DNA of 64,000 nt. Origin: a virus. Lineage: Duplodnaviria > Caudoviricetes. Every line of letters starts with the position of its first letter. Within the stretch, counting starts at the first letter, position 1. Of the stretch, positions 19,568-29,358 are shown piece by piece. The notes beneath the pieces are model-generated. The model searched no databases. It was not told the DNA's origin and was given only the letters and a program-made list of their open reading frames with translations. The stretch covers positions 32,001 to 96,000 of the IMG/VR virus record IMGVR_UViG_2974736276_000001. One strand, written 5' to 3'. A program made the position numbers and the translations under genes.

Positions 19568-20155
19568 TTAATCGTAGACGCCGGTAAGTTCGCACCAATG
19601 TTTACGACATAGTGAAACATATCTATCATTACCACCAACCTCTATTTGATCGCCACTTGTTACAGCATTTCCTTCTTCATCGATACGTGCTACCATCGTA
19701 GCTTTCTTACCACAATGACATACACCTTTCAGCTCACAGAGCTTATCAGCGACTGCGAGAAGGAATTTAGAGCCTTCGAATAGGTTACCCATAAAGTCAG
19801 TTCTCAGTCCATAACACATCACTGGAACATCATAGAGGTCAGCAATCTTACACAACTGGAAGATATTTTCTTGTGTCAAGAATTGAGCTTCATCAACATA
19901 AACGCAGTGAATATCTCGTACACTATTAGCATACTTAAAGAACTCAAAAATATCCATGTCTTTTGTAATCAAATTAGCTTCTTGACGAAGACCTATGCGA
20001 GACACAATTTCACATGCAGAATCACGAGTATCAATATCAGGTTTGAGAAGCAATGTTCCCATACCACGTTCTTTATAGTTATTTGCAGATGTTAATAAAA
20101 ATGCAGATTTTCCTGCATTCATAGAAGCATAGTGGAAATATAACTTAGCCATCAA
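19568..20155 (-). CDS. tk: Thymidine kinase
   Basis: YASMNAGKS, VDEAQF, YGLRTDF, CHCG...CRKH. Confidence 0.97.
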   Translation of the reverse strand: MMAKLYFHYASMNAGKSAFLLTSANNYKERGMGTLLLKPDIDTRDSACEIVSRIGLRQEANLITKDMDIFEFFKYANSVRDIHCVYVDEAQFLTQENIFQLCKIADLYDVPVMCYGLRTDFMGNLFEGSKFLLAVADKLCELKGVCHCGKKATMVARIDEEGNAVTSGDQIEVGGNDRYVSLCRKHWCELTGVYD

Positions 20156-20312
20156 AGCTCCTTAATAAAATTCTGTAGATTGGTTCTATGCCTTTTGGCA
20201 TCTTCAAGCACTTCTTTCCAATCCGAGTCGCAACCATCAGTACGATCTACTATAAATTCAGCGTCAAGGAGTTCATCGATCAAGTTCCATAGCTGTTCTT
20301 TTTGTTCAGAAG

Positions 20313-20510
20313 TCATTTTATCCACTCTGGATGTTCTTGGAATACACCTTCACCTTTATGATTTTTGCATCCTTTATTGGAGCAATAAACCCACCAGTCC
20401 CATCTGCCAAATTCGCCAATAGACATTTCATCATTACAGCAACAATGAATCACCGGCCATTGACAGTGTCTGCATTCTAGGTCAGTCATTTTAGCACTAT
20501 TAATTCTCAT
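20313..20510 (-). CDS. tk.3-like Cys-rich protein
   Basis: C..C...CN...DWWVYCSN..C..HKGEG. Confidence 0.7.
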   Translation of the reverse strand: MRINSAKMTDLECRHCQWPVIHCCCNDEMSIGEFGRWDWWVYCSNKGCKNHKGEGVFQEHPEWIK

Positions 20511-20843
20511 TAAAGTCCCTCAATAATTGCGCGAATTTTAGCAAGTGTTTCTTCGGTATATTTCTGCGCTTGTAACCATTCACCGTATGTACCACATTCT
20601 GCACGTTCTGCTTGATACCCACGGTCATCGCCGTATTCTTCAATCAATTTCATTAAAGCTTCTTTTTCAAGAATATTCATTGAATCAAATCCTGCAGATA
20701 ATTATCTAAAACAATGCGAGCCCTTTTAGCAGCCTGCTGAATTTCAGCATACTCAGGATCGCCTTCGATAGTTACAGTTAGAGTAGTTTCACGAAATACT
20801 ACTTCGTCTACTAGTTCCATGATGTATTCTAATTGAACTGGAT

Positions 20844-21056
20844 TCATAACCATTTTACCAAGATAACTAGTTCAGGCACATGAACTAATTTCTTTTTCTT
20901 GTTAATGAAAGTATATTCAACGAAGGTGCCTTCATATTCTTTCTCTTTGACAGTTGAATTTGCCATAGGAGATTTCGTTGTTCTACGTTCAGTCCACGTT
21001 CGAATGACAGTAGGCTTATTCTTTGGATCTGTATAATGCGGATAATGAACTTGCAT
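20844..21056 (-). CDS. Hypothetical protein
   Basis: Packed ORF. Confidence 0.55.
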   Translation of the reverse strand: MQVHYPHYTDPKNKPTVIRTWTERRTTKSPMANSTVKEKEYEGTFVEYTFINKKKKLVHVPELVILVKWL

Positions 21057-21583
21057 TAGATCTGACCTTTTTCAAGAGCCATCAGAAATTCCAAGTCATG
21101 CTTCAATTGATTATCAGCTTTAGTTGGAATAGGAGCATCTGGACAATAATCTACTACAATGATATTCATATTCGGAGCAGCAAGGTTGATCAGCTTCTCA
21201 ATTAATTTCCAGTCACCACCCGCAATACCAGCACCGATTCGAGGAATGTACAGAGAACGCGTACTATTCTTGCGAATTTTACTTAAGTATTTAAATACAT
21301 TGAAAATTGCGCCGTAGTCGACATTAGGACCTGGCTCATACTGAGTGTATAAGTTATAGCACATATTCACATCATTATCGTGAACAGCATGAGTTAAATC
21401 ACCCAGCTTTGCTCTTGAACCAGAGACTGTATCTCGGTCTATTGCTTCAATTTGCTTGAATGCTTGAGCAAGCTGAAATGCTACTCCAGCTCCCATCATG
21501 CAAAAGCAATTGCATCCGTGTGCGATATCATTACCGGACCGGAAGACCTCGACAATGTTTCCTTTAACGTATTCAACAATCAT
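21056..21583 (-). CDS. tk.4: Macro domain (ADP-ribose hydrolase) tk.4
   Basis: IAHGCNCF.MMGAGVA; PRIGAGIAGGDW. Confidence 0.92.
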   Translation of the reverse strand: MIVEYVKGNIVEVFRSGNDIAHGCNCFCMMGAGVAFQLAQAFKQIEAIDRDTVSGSRAKLGDLTHAVHDNDVNMCYNLYTQYEPGPNVDYGAIFNVFKYLSKIRKNSTRSLYIPRIGAGIAGGDWKLIEKLINLAAPNMNIIVVDYCPDAPIPTKADNQLKHDLEFLMALEKGQI

Positions 21584-21996
21584 TCTATATCCTTAGCTAT
21601 CAATCTGTGGTCAAATCGATAAGTAGCAGAATTATCACCTTCGTATACACGCACATACATTATTCTGCATGATACGATCTTTGTAAAGTTGCTATAGTCA
21701 TTCGGTGGAACAACTATAACGATTCCTTTGATTTCTCCTGAAGCAGATAAACCACAAGCTCTGATATTAAAACCTGCAGAGCTCATTGATAATCTATCGT
21801 CAGTATCAAAATTATAAAATGTTATTCCGTAAAGCTTACTCTCAGGAGCATATGCTATTTCAGCATGCCTTTGAGCTTCAAAATTAGATTCAATTAATTC
21901 TCCCTGTGTAGCGTAAAGACTCTCTGGATAACCAGAGAGCTTATTCCAAGCGAATGCACTAAATGATACAAGAATCATTAGAAGCAAACTTTTCAT
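21580..21996 (-). CDS. Secreted/periplasmic hypothetical protein
   Basis: Signal peptide ending AFA. Confidence 0.65.
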   Translation of the reverse strand: MKSLLLMILVSFSAFAWNKLSGYPESLYATQGELIESNFEAQRHAEIAYAPESKLYGITFYNFDTDDRLSMSSAGFNIRACGLSASGEIKGIVIVVPPNDYSNFTKIVSCRIMYVRVYEGDNSATYRFDHRLIAKDIE

Positions 21997-22310
21997 TTTT
22001 CTGCAAGACCTTTAACATAGAGCATCAACAACTGATCTCTATAAGCTGAACACAAGTCTGCATTGGGTGCTTTAGCACAAAACGTAGACAACCGACTCTT
22101 CTTGTCTATTACCAGTTTGTTCAGATCAGCATTCTTCTTTCCACCATCTTTTTGACCTGCATGATATGCTGAATCAAGTTCAAGTGAAAGGATGTCTATA
22201 CACTCCAAGTTAGATGAGCAAAAACGCTTAGCGATTTCTAAAGACTGATCATAAGCATTTGCTGCTGATACTGAAAATAAAATCGAAAGCAATAGACATA
22301 ATTTCTTCAT
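21993..22310 (-). CDS. vs: Valyl-tRNA synthetase modifier Vs
   Basis: Signal-like N-terminus; IAKRFC...CIDILSLELD; synteny. Confidence 0.8.
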   Translation of the reverse strand: MKKLCLLLSILFSVSAANAYDQSLEIAKRFCSSNLECIDILSLELDSAYHAGQKDGGKKNADLNKLVIDKKSRLSTFCAKAPNADLCSAYRDQLLMLYVKGLAEK

Positions 22311-22858
22311 TCTATTACCACCTCTAACATCTTGTTCGACTTAAGATAATTGGCCTTCTCTAATACATGAGAAGCATAAGCATTCCCGGCCTTCCACTTC
22401 CATCCAGCATTGTAAGACGCTATAGCCTTACGCATATTTCCGTTATGCACGTTTAGCCAATAACTTAACTCAATGTACGCCCATGATGCAGAATTACTTC
22501 GTTTCTTGACCATTTCAATAAGCTGTGCGTCAGTCATTTTCCAACCAATTTGATCTACTCTGGATCTAATCGTTGGGAGGTAATTCTGGAACATACCGTA
22601 TGCTTCATGTCCCTTATTATTCTGGTGTTTTAATCCTGCTGAGCTCTCTTGCCATGCTAAAGCAGCCATGATATATCCGAGCCCAGAATTATCGTAACGT
22701 GTTTTATGATTTTTGAATTTGCCGTCCTTTGAGAATTGTTCTCCAAACTGGTACGCAAATTGCAAGTTATCAAGTTGAACATTACTGAAAGTGTGCTGCT
22801 CAGCAGCAAAAGTGTTCAGTGAGAACGCTAGTGCCAGCGCAGCAATCGCTTTTTTCAT
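22307..22858 (-). CDS. vs.1: Vs.1 lytic transglycosylase-like protein
   Basis: AALAWQESSAG, YGMFQ, AIASYNAG; start likely at MKKAIA. Confidence 0.9.
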   Translation of the reverse strand: MKKAIAALALAFSLNTFAAEQHTFSNVQLDNLQFAYQFGEQFSKDGKFKNHKTRYDNSGLGYIMAALAWQESSAGLKHQNNKGHEAYGMFQNYLPTIRSRVDQIGWKMTDAQLIEMVKKRSNSASWAYIELSYWLNVHNGNMRKAIASYNAGWKWKAGNAYASHVLEKANYLKSNKMLEVVIE

Positions 22859-22865
22859 GTTTACC

Positions 22866-23330
22866 TCATAGATAAATTTCGTGGGTACTGATCTTTCCTT
22901 TAAGACGTTTATTATTAACGAATGCCATGCGGCAGCAAAGTCCAAAGCTTTTAGTATTTGGTTCTGACTTGTTTACAGTCATTCCCAGCCACAGATTTTT
23001 GTCTGTGATTTCTAAACGCATTGGTCTATATTTGACGTTCGGATCTAGCTCTTTTTCTACATCAGGCATCGGCGGCAATTGAAGAAAATCAATCACTTCC
23101 TTCACATGACCTGATAACTTTTTGAACAGATCAAACACATATGTTTCATCAATCTCACGCTGAATCGCTCGGTCCAGTAAGTGAGATGAATATTTGACAT
23201 GAAAATCGATGCCAGTTCCTGTTGACTTGCATGCTTCACGAATTTGACGATTGATTTTTTCGAATTCGTCCACAAAGATGCGACGAAGTTTGTTGCGACG
23301 AATGTATACTTCTGGATTGATCTCTGACAT
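22866..23330 (-). CDS. regB: RegB endoribonuclease
   Basis: YIRRNKLRRIF...KYSSHLLDRAIQREIDE. Confidence 0.93.
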   Translation of the reverse strand: MSEINPEVYIRRNKLRRIFVDEFEKINRQIREACKSTGTGIDFHVKYSSHLLDRAIQREIDETYVFDLFKKLSGHVKEVIDFLQLPPMPDVEKELDPNVKYRPMRLEITDKNLWLGMTVNKSEPNTKSFGLCCRMAFVNNKRLKGKISTHEIYL

Positions 23331-23354
23331 TTTTAAGCTCCTCTTGTTGGTGTA

Positions 23355-23395
23355 AGACTATATTACTACAGCAAGAGGAGAGTGTACACTACTTT
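23355..23395 (-). promoter_or_regulatory. Early promoter for regB
   Basis: AAAGTAGTGTACAC...TAATAT. Confidence 0.75.
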
Positions 23396-23624
23396 ATGAA
23401 ACTTTTTCGTGAGTTTCGTTATCATACTCAACGATAGTGATAGGTTCGTCGATACCGAATCCTTCTACAGAAAGATAAGTTGTAGCATCAACGTATTCAC
23501 GCTTTACTGGGTCGAAGTATCCTTGTGCGTGGGATTCAAAGAAATCCTGTTCGCCAGAATTCGAAAACCAGCCACAGAAAGTTGAGACCAGGTGATCAGG
23601 GATGTTGATATTAATGGTCGCCAT
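23394..23624 (-). CDS. vs-region conserved small protein (vs.5-like)
   Basis: F..WFSNSGEQ.F...GI.EPI.IVEYD. Confidence 0.7.
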   Translation of the reverse strand: MATININIPDHLVSTFCGWFSNSGEQDFFESHAQGYFDPVKREYVDATTYLSVEGFGIDEPITIVEYDNETHEKVS

Positions 23625-23962
23625 TCGGGATTAACCTTTTCAATTTTACGATCAAAACAGATAAGTGAAACAGTCTCAAGACCATCAAACTTATTGTCAA
23701 CGAAGATAACCCGAAGATTATCGTATTTGTTCAGCCAACTTACTTCAGGAGCGGTGGAAATAAAATGCAGATCTTTGAACGGGCCATCAATAAAACGATA
23801 GCGATGAAATGCTAGACCAACCTCTGGTTTCTCATAGCAGTTCCATATCTGGAAATTTTTCAGAAGACGACGATTATCAGCAGCGCCACTCTTGATCAAA
23901 GTCTCTACAAGTTCAATCAGCTTTGGTTGTTTCATCAATATTTTCCTCATCTTTCGGTTCAA
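23504..23962 (-). CDS. vs.7: vs.7-like protein
   Basis: G.FK...TAP...FVD..F.GL...SL..FD. Confidence 0.7.
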   Translation of the reverse strand: MNRKMRKILMKQPKLIELVETLIKSGAADNRRLLKNFQIWNCYEKPEVGLAFHRYRFIDGPFKDLHFISTAPEVSWLNKYDNLRVIFVDNKFDGLETVSLICFDRKIEKVNPEWRPLISTSLITWSQLSVAGFRILANRISLNPTHKDTSTQ

Positions 23963-24067
23963 TTAAGCCATAACGTTCCATGGCTTCAAGCAGCTCTTCG
24001 TGTGACATTGTGTCAATTTTGCGAATGGATTTTGCAAGCCACTCCTACATCATGTCATGACGTTCCA

Positions 24068-24580
24068 TTATTGCATTCCAATCACAAAGAAAAGAGGCAT
24101 TTCAGATGAATTTGTTTTCACCTTATCTTCACATGATTTATAATATCGATACATTTCAATAATTCGAATTGGTTCATCGATAATAATTAATGGTCGTTGT
24201 AAAATTATTCCATCAAACTGGGTATCATCCTGCGATAAAAATGTTCGTTTAGTTGACGCAATTATTTTACGCTGAGTATCTTTACCAATTCTAAAAACAT
24301 CTTTATAAGCCCTTTGAATTCTTTTTGATAATTCCATTGACTGAGACACATTTCCAGAAATGACAATTACATCATTGCCTTCTGCCATCCAGTCCTTGCA
24401 GAATTGAGTAACAGCTTCACTCTTTCCAGTTTGTCGACCAGCATCTACTCGCAATGTGCAATATTCTTGCATAATACAAATTCGATCAAGATATTTAGTA
24501 TGTTCTTTGGCTAACACAGCGTCTGCATGCGAACGAAAGGCATGCATCAGGGTTAGGTAAATCGGTGTTAAGTATTTCAT
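24068..24580 (-). CDS. vs.8: vs.8-like P-loop protein
   Basis: YLTLMHAF...TLRVDAGRQTGKS...IIIDEP. Confidence 0.8.
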   Translation of the reverse strand: MKYLTPIYLTLMHAFRSHADAVLAKEHTKYLDRICIMQEYCTLRVDAGRQTGKSEAVTQFCKDWMAEGNDVIVISGNVSQSMELSKRIQRAYKDVFRIGKDTQRKIIASTKRTFLSQDDTQFDGIILQRPLIIIDEPIRIIEMYRYYKSCEDKVKTNSSEMPLFFVIGMQ

Positions 24581-24589
24581 AGGTTTCTC

Positions 24590-24740
24590 TTTAGTTGGGC
24601 CATTCCTTGGCACATGAGTAGTCCATTCGATACCGTATGTAAACCTCTTACCGCATTGCGCTCGACCTTGTTACAGGTGGGGAAAGGTCCTTCACTAGAG
24701 GAACGAATGTTCATAGGAGAGGGTCGGTTTGCCTTTATTG
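24590..24740 (-). ncRNA. Structured leader RNA between denV and vs.8
   Basis: Long GC-richer intergenic region with ACCT GTAACA AGGT and GCCA AGGAA TGGC hairpins. Confidence 0.5.
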
Positions 24741-24741
24741 T

Positions 24742-25146
24742 TTACAGGATTGATTTCCCGTAAAATTTATACCAATGTGGCTTCATAGCAATCTTCTCAT
24801 CAAGACGAGATTGCGATAAAGCAATGTCTGCTTCAGACGGAACGAAATCATTCATGAATCGCAACGGAATATCAGCCACATCTACATGCGTGTTGGTGAT
24901 ATTGATTGCACGTTTTAAGCATTCCTCTATAATAGCATTTTGTCTTAAAAACAAAAAGCCTATTTTGTCATAAAAGAATTTAACATGCCCTGAACCAAGC
25001 CGAAACTCTGATGGGATATCGTCGAACTTATGTTTCTTAGCAACACGTTCACGCACTGCTCCAAAGACCCTAGGCAACTCACGATACTCTGCCATTAAGT
25101 GTTGGTCCATGAGAGTTTCTACGGGTGTTAGGTTAATTCTTGTCAT
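24742..25146 (-). CDS. denV: Endonuclease V (pyrimidine dimer glycosylase)
   Basis: MTRINL...[16 protein letters not shown]...GHVKFFYDK. Confidence 0.97.
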   Translation of the reverse strand: MTRINLTPVETLMDQHLMAEYRELPRVFGAVRERVAKKHKFDDIPSEFRLGSGHVKFFYDKIGFLFLRQNAIIEECLKRAINITNTHVDVADIPLRFMNDFVPSEADIALSQSRLDEKIAMKPHWYKFYGKSIL

Positions 25147-25207
25147 ATTGATGCCCTCCATTAACTGGAAGACATCATATCACAGAACTATCTGGATGTA
25201 AACTATA

Positions 25208-25507
25208 TTATTTCAGCCAGCTTCTTACAAGTTTAGCTACATCCTTTTCCGCAACGTTCAGTTTCGTGTCAATCATTTTTCCCCCAGCAGCGCGAGTTTG
25301 CTTAACACTAGCCGTGCCTGTAGCAGAATCCCATGTAACGTATACTTGTCCATTATTGATAGCGAATCCTGTACTGTCCTTATTATTGCTAGAAGTGTAG
25401 GAGAATTTAGCATCACCAATAACTGAACCAACTTCCTTTTTAATTCTCATAACAGACGGATGGCCAATCTGTATGCTTTCTGCCAAAAATTCTTTGTAAG
25501 TTTTCAT
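25208..25507 (-). CDS. Internal head protein (IP family)
   Basis: Capsid-targeting sequence MKTYKEFLAE; ipII/III position. Confidence 0.85.
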   Translation of the reverse strand: MKTYKEFLAESIQIGHPSVMRIKKEVGSVIGDAKFSYTSSNNKDSTGFAINNGQVYVTWDSATGTASVKQTRAAGGKMIDTKLNVAEKDVAKLVRSWLK

Positions 25508-25515
25508 ATTTTCTC

Positions 25516-26004
25516 TTATTTGTATGCGGCTAATGTGCCAGTCTTAAAGACAGAAATCACACGTTTAGCACGATTAGGCGTCTGCGTATACCATTTAGAC
25601 TTGGCTAGATTGACTGCTGCCTGGTCCCACTGTTTGTTCTGAAGAAGTTTCATTGAAGTAGTGAATCCTGCAGCACCTGTAGTTCCAAGCTGGAACACAA
25701 AGTTGATCAACGCCATCTGACGAACTTCATCTAACACAGCCCATACTGGAGCTAGAACAGTGTTAGACTTTATATCACGTGTAGCAGAAGCTACGTCTTT
25801 CTGGAAAAGAGCTTCAGCTTCAGCCATGGTGATAGTACCATTCGTTGAGCGTCCAACTTCTTTATCCAACTGACGAATAGCAGCTGCACGATCAGAACTT
25901 TTCACCAAAAGGTGACCAATACCGACAGTGTAGTAATTAAGCGTGTCAAGATAAATTGATAGCTTAATGCCTTCGTCAAATTTTAGCATTTCAAAAATAG
26001 TCAT
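25516..26004 (-). CDS. e: Endolysin (T4 lysozyme)
   Basis: [12 protein letters not shown]...YYTVGIGHL...[13 protein letters not shown]; AAGGAG RBS. Confidence 0.96.
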   Translation of the reverse strand: MTIFEMLKFDEGIKLSIYLDTLNYYTVGIGHLLVKSSDRAAAIRQLDKEVGRSTNGTITMAEAEALFQKDVASATRDIKSNTVLAPVWAVLDEVRQMALINFVFQLGTTGAAGFTTSMKLLQNKQWDQAAVNLAKSKWYTQTPNRAKRVISVFKTGTLAAYK

Positions 26005-26010
26005 AGATGT

Positions 26011-26034
26011 CTCCTTAGTAACAGGAGTATTTAT
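26011..26034 (-). promoter_or_regulatory. Late promoter variant AATAAATA plus RBS-occluding hairpin for e
   Basis: AATAAATA CTCCT GTTACTA AGGAG ACATCT ATG. Confidence 0.75.
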
Positions 26035-26041
26035 TGACTCA

Positions 26042-26515
26042 TTAATGACCGTCGTGGACGGTGAGGTGATTGGTGTAGTAACTAAAGATGTCGTTGGCGA
26101 GGATGATACCAAGGACTTTACCCAAGCTACGACCTGTTCTATCAATGATTTCATTTAAAGGAATCCAGGCAAATTTATCAAATTCTGGATAACTGCCGTA
26201 AGGAGTATGGAATAACTCTGTACAGACACTCTGAGATACATCAGGAAGATCCTGGCCATTGTACATGAAAAGGTGTATATCTTTATTACTAGAGTAGTCG
26301 AAGTGCCCCAGGTCCTTCAGGTCCTCTGATTTGATAGTATGAGAGGTCTCTTCTAGACATTCCCGAACAGCAGCCTGAAGAACAGTTTCATTTTCTTCTA
26401 CATGTCCTTTAGGAATATCCCACTTCTCTGGATATACATTTGTTGCTCGACCCATAAAGATCTTGGTTCTATCTTTATTTAAAAAGATCACGCCAGCAGA
26501 TAATTCTTTTTGCAT
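26042..26515 (-). CDS. nudE: Nudix hydrolase NudE (e.1)
   Basis: WDIPKGHVE...[10 protein letters not shown] Nudix box. Confidence 0.92.
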   Translation of the reverse strand: MQKELSAGVIFLNKDRTKIFMGRATNVYPEKWDIPKGHVEENETVLQAAVRECLEETSHTIKSEDLKDLGHFDYSSNKDIHLFMYNGQDLPDVSQSVCTELFHTPYGSYPEFDKFAWIPLNEIIDRTGRSLGKVLGIILANDIFSYYTNHLTVHDGH

Positions 26516-26754
26516 TATCGATTTTTCCATGATAAGTCAGCTACATCTTCCATCACATCAAAAAGGAATGATTTTACATCTTCCGATTCGTTCTTAGATA
26601 CTTCAATACTGAAGTCTGCAATGGGCCCGTTATAATCTATCATTTCTCGTAGTTCTGATTTAATTAGATCTGCAGAAAATTCATTCTCTGCATCGTCAAA
26701 ACAAAATAGACGGGAATCACTATTTTCCCATTTGATATACACAGCACTAGCCAT
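26515..26754 (-). CDS. Acidic hypothetical protein
   Basis: Packed ORF. Confidence 0.6.
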   Translation of the reverse strand: MASAVYIKWENSDSRLFCFDDAENEFSADLIKSELREMIDYNGPIADFSIEVSKNESEDVKSFLFDVMEDVADLSWKNR

Positions 26755-27062
26755 TATAATTCTTCCAAATATTTGTCAACATTGAATTCTTTCTTATCTA
26801 CACGACCAAGATGAACATTACGTGCTGCATGATACATTAACTCATAATTCTTACGAGTTAATTTACCCATGAATCGATCAATCAGATAATCCCAGTCATC
26901 AGGAATCTGTTGAATTACACCGTAAACTTCCGCACCATTGACAATGGAAATAAATTTAACTGCAATTTCATAATGAGATGGAGACATCCAACCCCAATTA
27001 TGAGATACACAACCGACTTCAACACCATCTTTATATGCTTTAGTAAATGTTGGAGAACTCAT
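26754..27062 (-). CDS. Hypothetical protein
   Basis: Packed ORF. Confidence 0.6.
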   Translation of the reverse strand: MSSPTFTKAYKDGVEVGCVSHNWGWMSPSHYEIAVKFISIVNGAEVYGVIQQIPDDWDYLIDRFMGKLTRKNYELMYHAARNVHLGRVDKKEFNVDKYLEEL

Positions 27063-27071
27063 TTTCTCACC

Positions 27072-27392
27072 TCATTTTCTCAATGAATTTACAAATTCTA
27101 ATGTATCATTAGTTAATATATTGCGTTTGAATCGGAGCTTTTCTAATCGATCAATAAGTGATCTGAACAACAATCCGCTAATCAACCCTGTAAGACCTGG
27201 GCCAGGCAAAATAGAGAAAATACAAATTGCTGCGCCCAAAAGATCCTTTTCACTTTGAGGAGCATTAATCATTTCATTAGCAATAGGCCACCAAAAGAAC
27301 AATGAAAGAATACCGATCGCAAAGGCAATCAGTGATGACAAAACAACTCTGGATTCTTTACTGATTTTCCATTTAGTGTTTAGCATTACCAT
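27072..27392 (-). CDS. e.2-e.4-type membrane protein
   Basis: Two TM segments plus EFVNSLRK tail. Confidence 0.6.
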   Translation of the reverse strand: MVMLNTKWKISKESRVVLSSLIAFAIGILSLFFWWPIANEMINAPQSEKDLLGAAICIFSILPGPGLTGLISGLLFRSLIDRLEKLRFKRNILTNDTLEFVNSLRK

Positions 27393-28072
27393 CCCTCCAT
27401 CGGGAATTCCAGGTAAACTTGAGCATTAACACGAATCTCATTAGAGATTTTCTTCACTCGGTCTGTGTTACGAGACAGACGACCAAACCAACGCCAACCG
27501 TTAGAAACTGCCTTAGAACCAGTATGCCATGTCTGCCAATCGAATTTCAGTAATGTACGATCTGGTGCTTCATGCTGAGTCAATGTTCCGGCTTCAATAT
27601 GAGCTAATGCTTCTTTATGCCATTGACGATAAATCAAGTCACCGTCTTTCACTTCTTTGAATTCTGCCTCACCTACCAGGAAATGAGTAGGACATACATC
27701 AGCATTTACCAGACCAAGGATGTGTTCTGACTTGTAACGTGGGTTATCATAATCAGGTTGACCGGCAGTGATGAAGTGTTGTCCAACTGGAATGTCTGGG
27801 CGTGGTACATCATCATGATGGAAACCTGGAATTGCTGGGTACCAACCAGGCATCAGCATGTGTACGCGAGAATCAAAGACTACTTCAGAATTATTCCAAT
27901 CATCGGGAAGATTCATGATGAAGCTGCGAGTAATTGGACCACCATTTTTATACGCAAAGTCTAGATCGCTGTTAAAGAACATTGGTTCATTTTTAATAGC
28001 ATCATTATTGATGCGGCCTGCGAATCCACCTACTGAACTGAATTGAGAGTTAAAGATTTTATTGCCTTTCAT
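27386..28072 (-). CDS. Putative 2OG-Fe(II) oxygenase-fold protein
   Basis: PGFHHDD (HxD)...WHTG (distal H)...RWFGR. Confidence 0.6.
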   Translation of the reverse strand: MKGNKIFNSQFSSVGGFAGRINNDAIKNEPMFFNSDLDFAYKNGGPITRSFIMNLPDDWNNSEVVFDSRVHMLMPGWYPAIPGFHHDDVPRPDIPVGQHFITAGQPDYDNPRYKSEHILGLVNADVCPTHFLVGEAEFKEVKDGDLIYRQWHKEALAHIEAGTLTQHEAPDRTLLKFDWQTWHTGSKAVSNGWRWFGRLSRNTDRVKKISNEIRVNAQVYLEFPMEGW

Positions 28073-28410
28073 TTTGAATTCCTCACTTGTTTAACAAACT
28101 CATTGACTTCAGATGTTAGCTTTATACGTCTAGCTCGTTCTACGTCTTTTTGCAATTTGATAGATTCTTCGGCTTCTTTCTTTCTTTCATCTGAACAAAA
28201 GATACGTTCAGCAGCAGAAACAAAAAATATTCCAGAGCCAAATGTTGCCATTATCATAATTGGAAAAAATGCAAAAAACACTAAGAACGGATTAATATAG
28301 TTCAATAGTAATGCACAAGTCACAAATGTTACTGGTGCTGCTATAAATGCTGTACTGAACCAAAGAACTAAATCAGATACTTTACCTTCAAAAAAATCTG
28401 CTCTGGTCAT
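28069..28410 (-). CDS. e.2-e.4-type membrane protein
   Basis: Two TM segments, charged tail EFVKQVRN. Confidence 0.65.
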   Translation of the reverse strand: MTRADFFEGKVSDLVLWFSTAFIAAPVTFVTCALLLNYINPFLVFFAFFPIMIMATFGSGIFFVSAAERIFCSDERKKEAEESIKLQKDVERARRIKLTSEVNEFVKQVRNSK

Positions 28411-28775
28411 TTTCTACAATCCTCGATGAATCTTTCAAATTCGCGTTTAGCTTTGTTCTCAGCAACTCTAATCTTATTAAGCTTTTCCAGCGACCGAGTA
28501 GTTATATTATCACGAATTCTGGCTGGTGTAAACCAGATAATTTCAGCAAGTTTGACGTACCATTCAAAGATTATCGCAAATGCTGTGAACAAAAGAAATC
28601 CAAAGAATATGGGTGTAAAGACATCATCTCCTACTAAAGGATAAATTATCTTCATTCCAAAGAAAGCTGCGATACAAACAAAAAATGCAATAATTATGTT
28701 AACTGGTCCAGTACGAAGTTCATTAAATTTATACATTTTGACCTCAGACTTTAACAGATTCTCGGCACATCGCAA
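28407..28775 (-). CDS. e.2-e.4-type membrane protein
   Basis: Two TM segments, tail RFIEDCRK. Confidence 0.65.
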   Translation of the reverse strand: MRCAENLLKSEVKMYKFNELRTGPVNIIIAFFVCIAAFFGMKIIYPLVGDDVFTPIFFGFLLFTAFAIIFEWYVKLAEIIWFTPARIRDNITTRSLEKLNKIRVAENKAKREFERFIEDCRK

Positions 28776-29325
28776 TGAAATCAGATAACAGTTCTACGCG
28801 AGCTTCCGGATTTCTATTTTCAATTTTCTTGACTTTTGCAAACACTGCCAAAAGCTTTTCCACATTTTGGTCATAATCTGAATGCGGATAAGAAGAAAGC
28901 TCGTATTTTCCATTATCACCTGCACTGTAAACCAAAGAGACAGGAAATTTTTTACCATCAATGTTACACTCAACATTAAAAATCAAATTAGATCTTATTG
29001 TGCGACCATCACCGAGTTCAAAGTATTCTCCTGATGCAGTGTTCAAACGAACAGTATGATACTTTGTATGATACCCCTTTGTTACAACTGCACCATAAGT
29101 ACAAATGAGTTCTTTAGCTACAGATTCAAAGTTCTTTGCAACATATATCAAAGGGTTTAAAGGAGTATTTGAATGTCTATTTTTAATGTAGTAATAATCA
29201 TCACTAACTATAAATTTATCTAAACAATCGCTTTTTACAAGAAAATCAACAAGATTATTTGGATATTTTTTGAATTGATTTCTGATTTGATATTCTTTGC
29301 TCATAATTGACTCCGATTTATTCAC
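28744..29325 (-). CDS. e.5-like hypothetical protein
   Basis: Position; tail DFIAMCR. Confidence 0.55.
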   Translation of the reverse strand: MNKSESIMSKEYQIRNQFKKYPNNLVDFLVKSDCLDKFIVSDDYYYIKNRHSNTPLNPLIYVAKNFESVAKELICTYGAVVTKGYHTKYHTVRLNTASGEYFELGDGRTIRSNLIFNVECNIDGKKFPVSLVYSAGDNGKYELSSYPHSDYDQNVEKLLAVFAKVKKIENRNPEARVELLSDFIAMCRESVKV

Positions 29326-29332
29326 TCCAAAA

Positions 29333-29353
29333 GATGGGGACCGAAGTCCCCAT
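29333..29353 (-). terminator. Intrinsic terminator
   Basis: TGGGGAC TTCG GTCCCCA TCTTTT. Confidence 0.8.
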
Positions 29354-29358
29354 AATTA

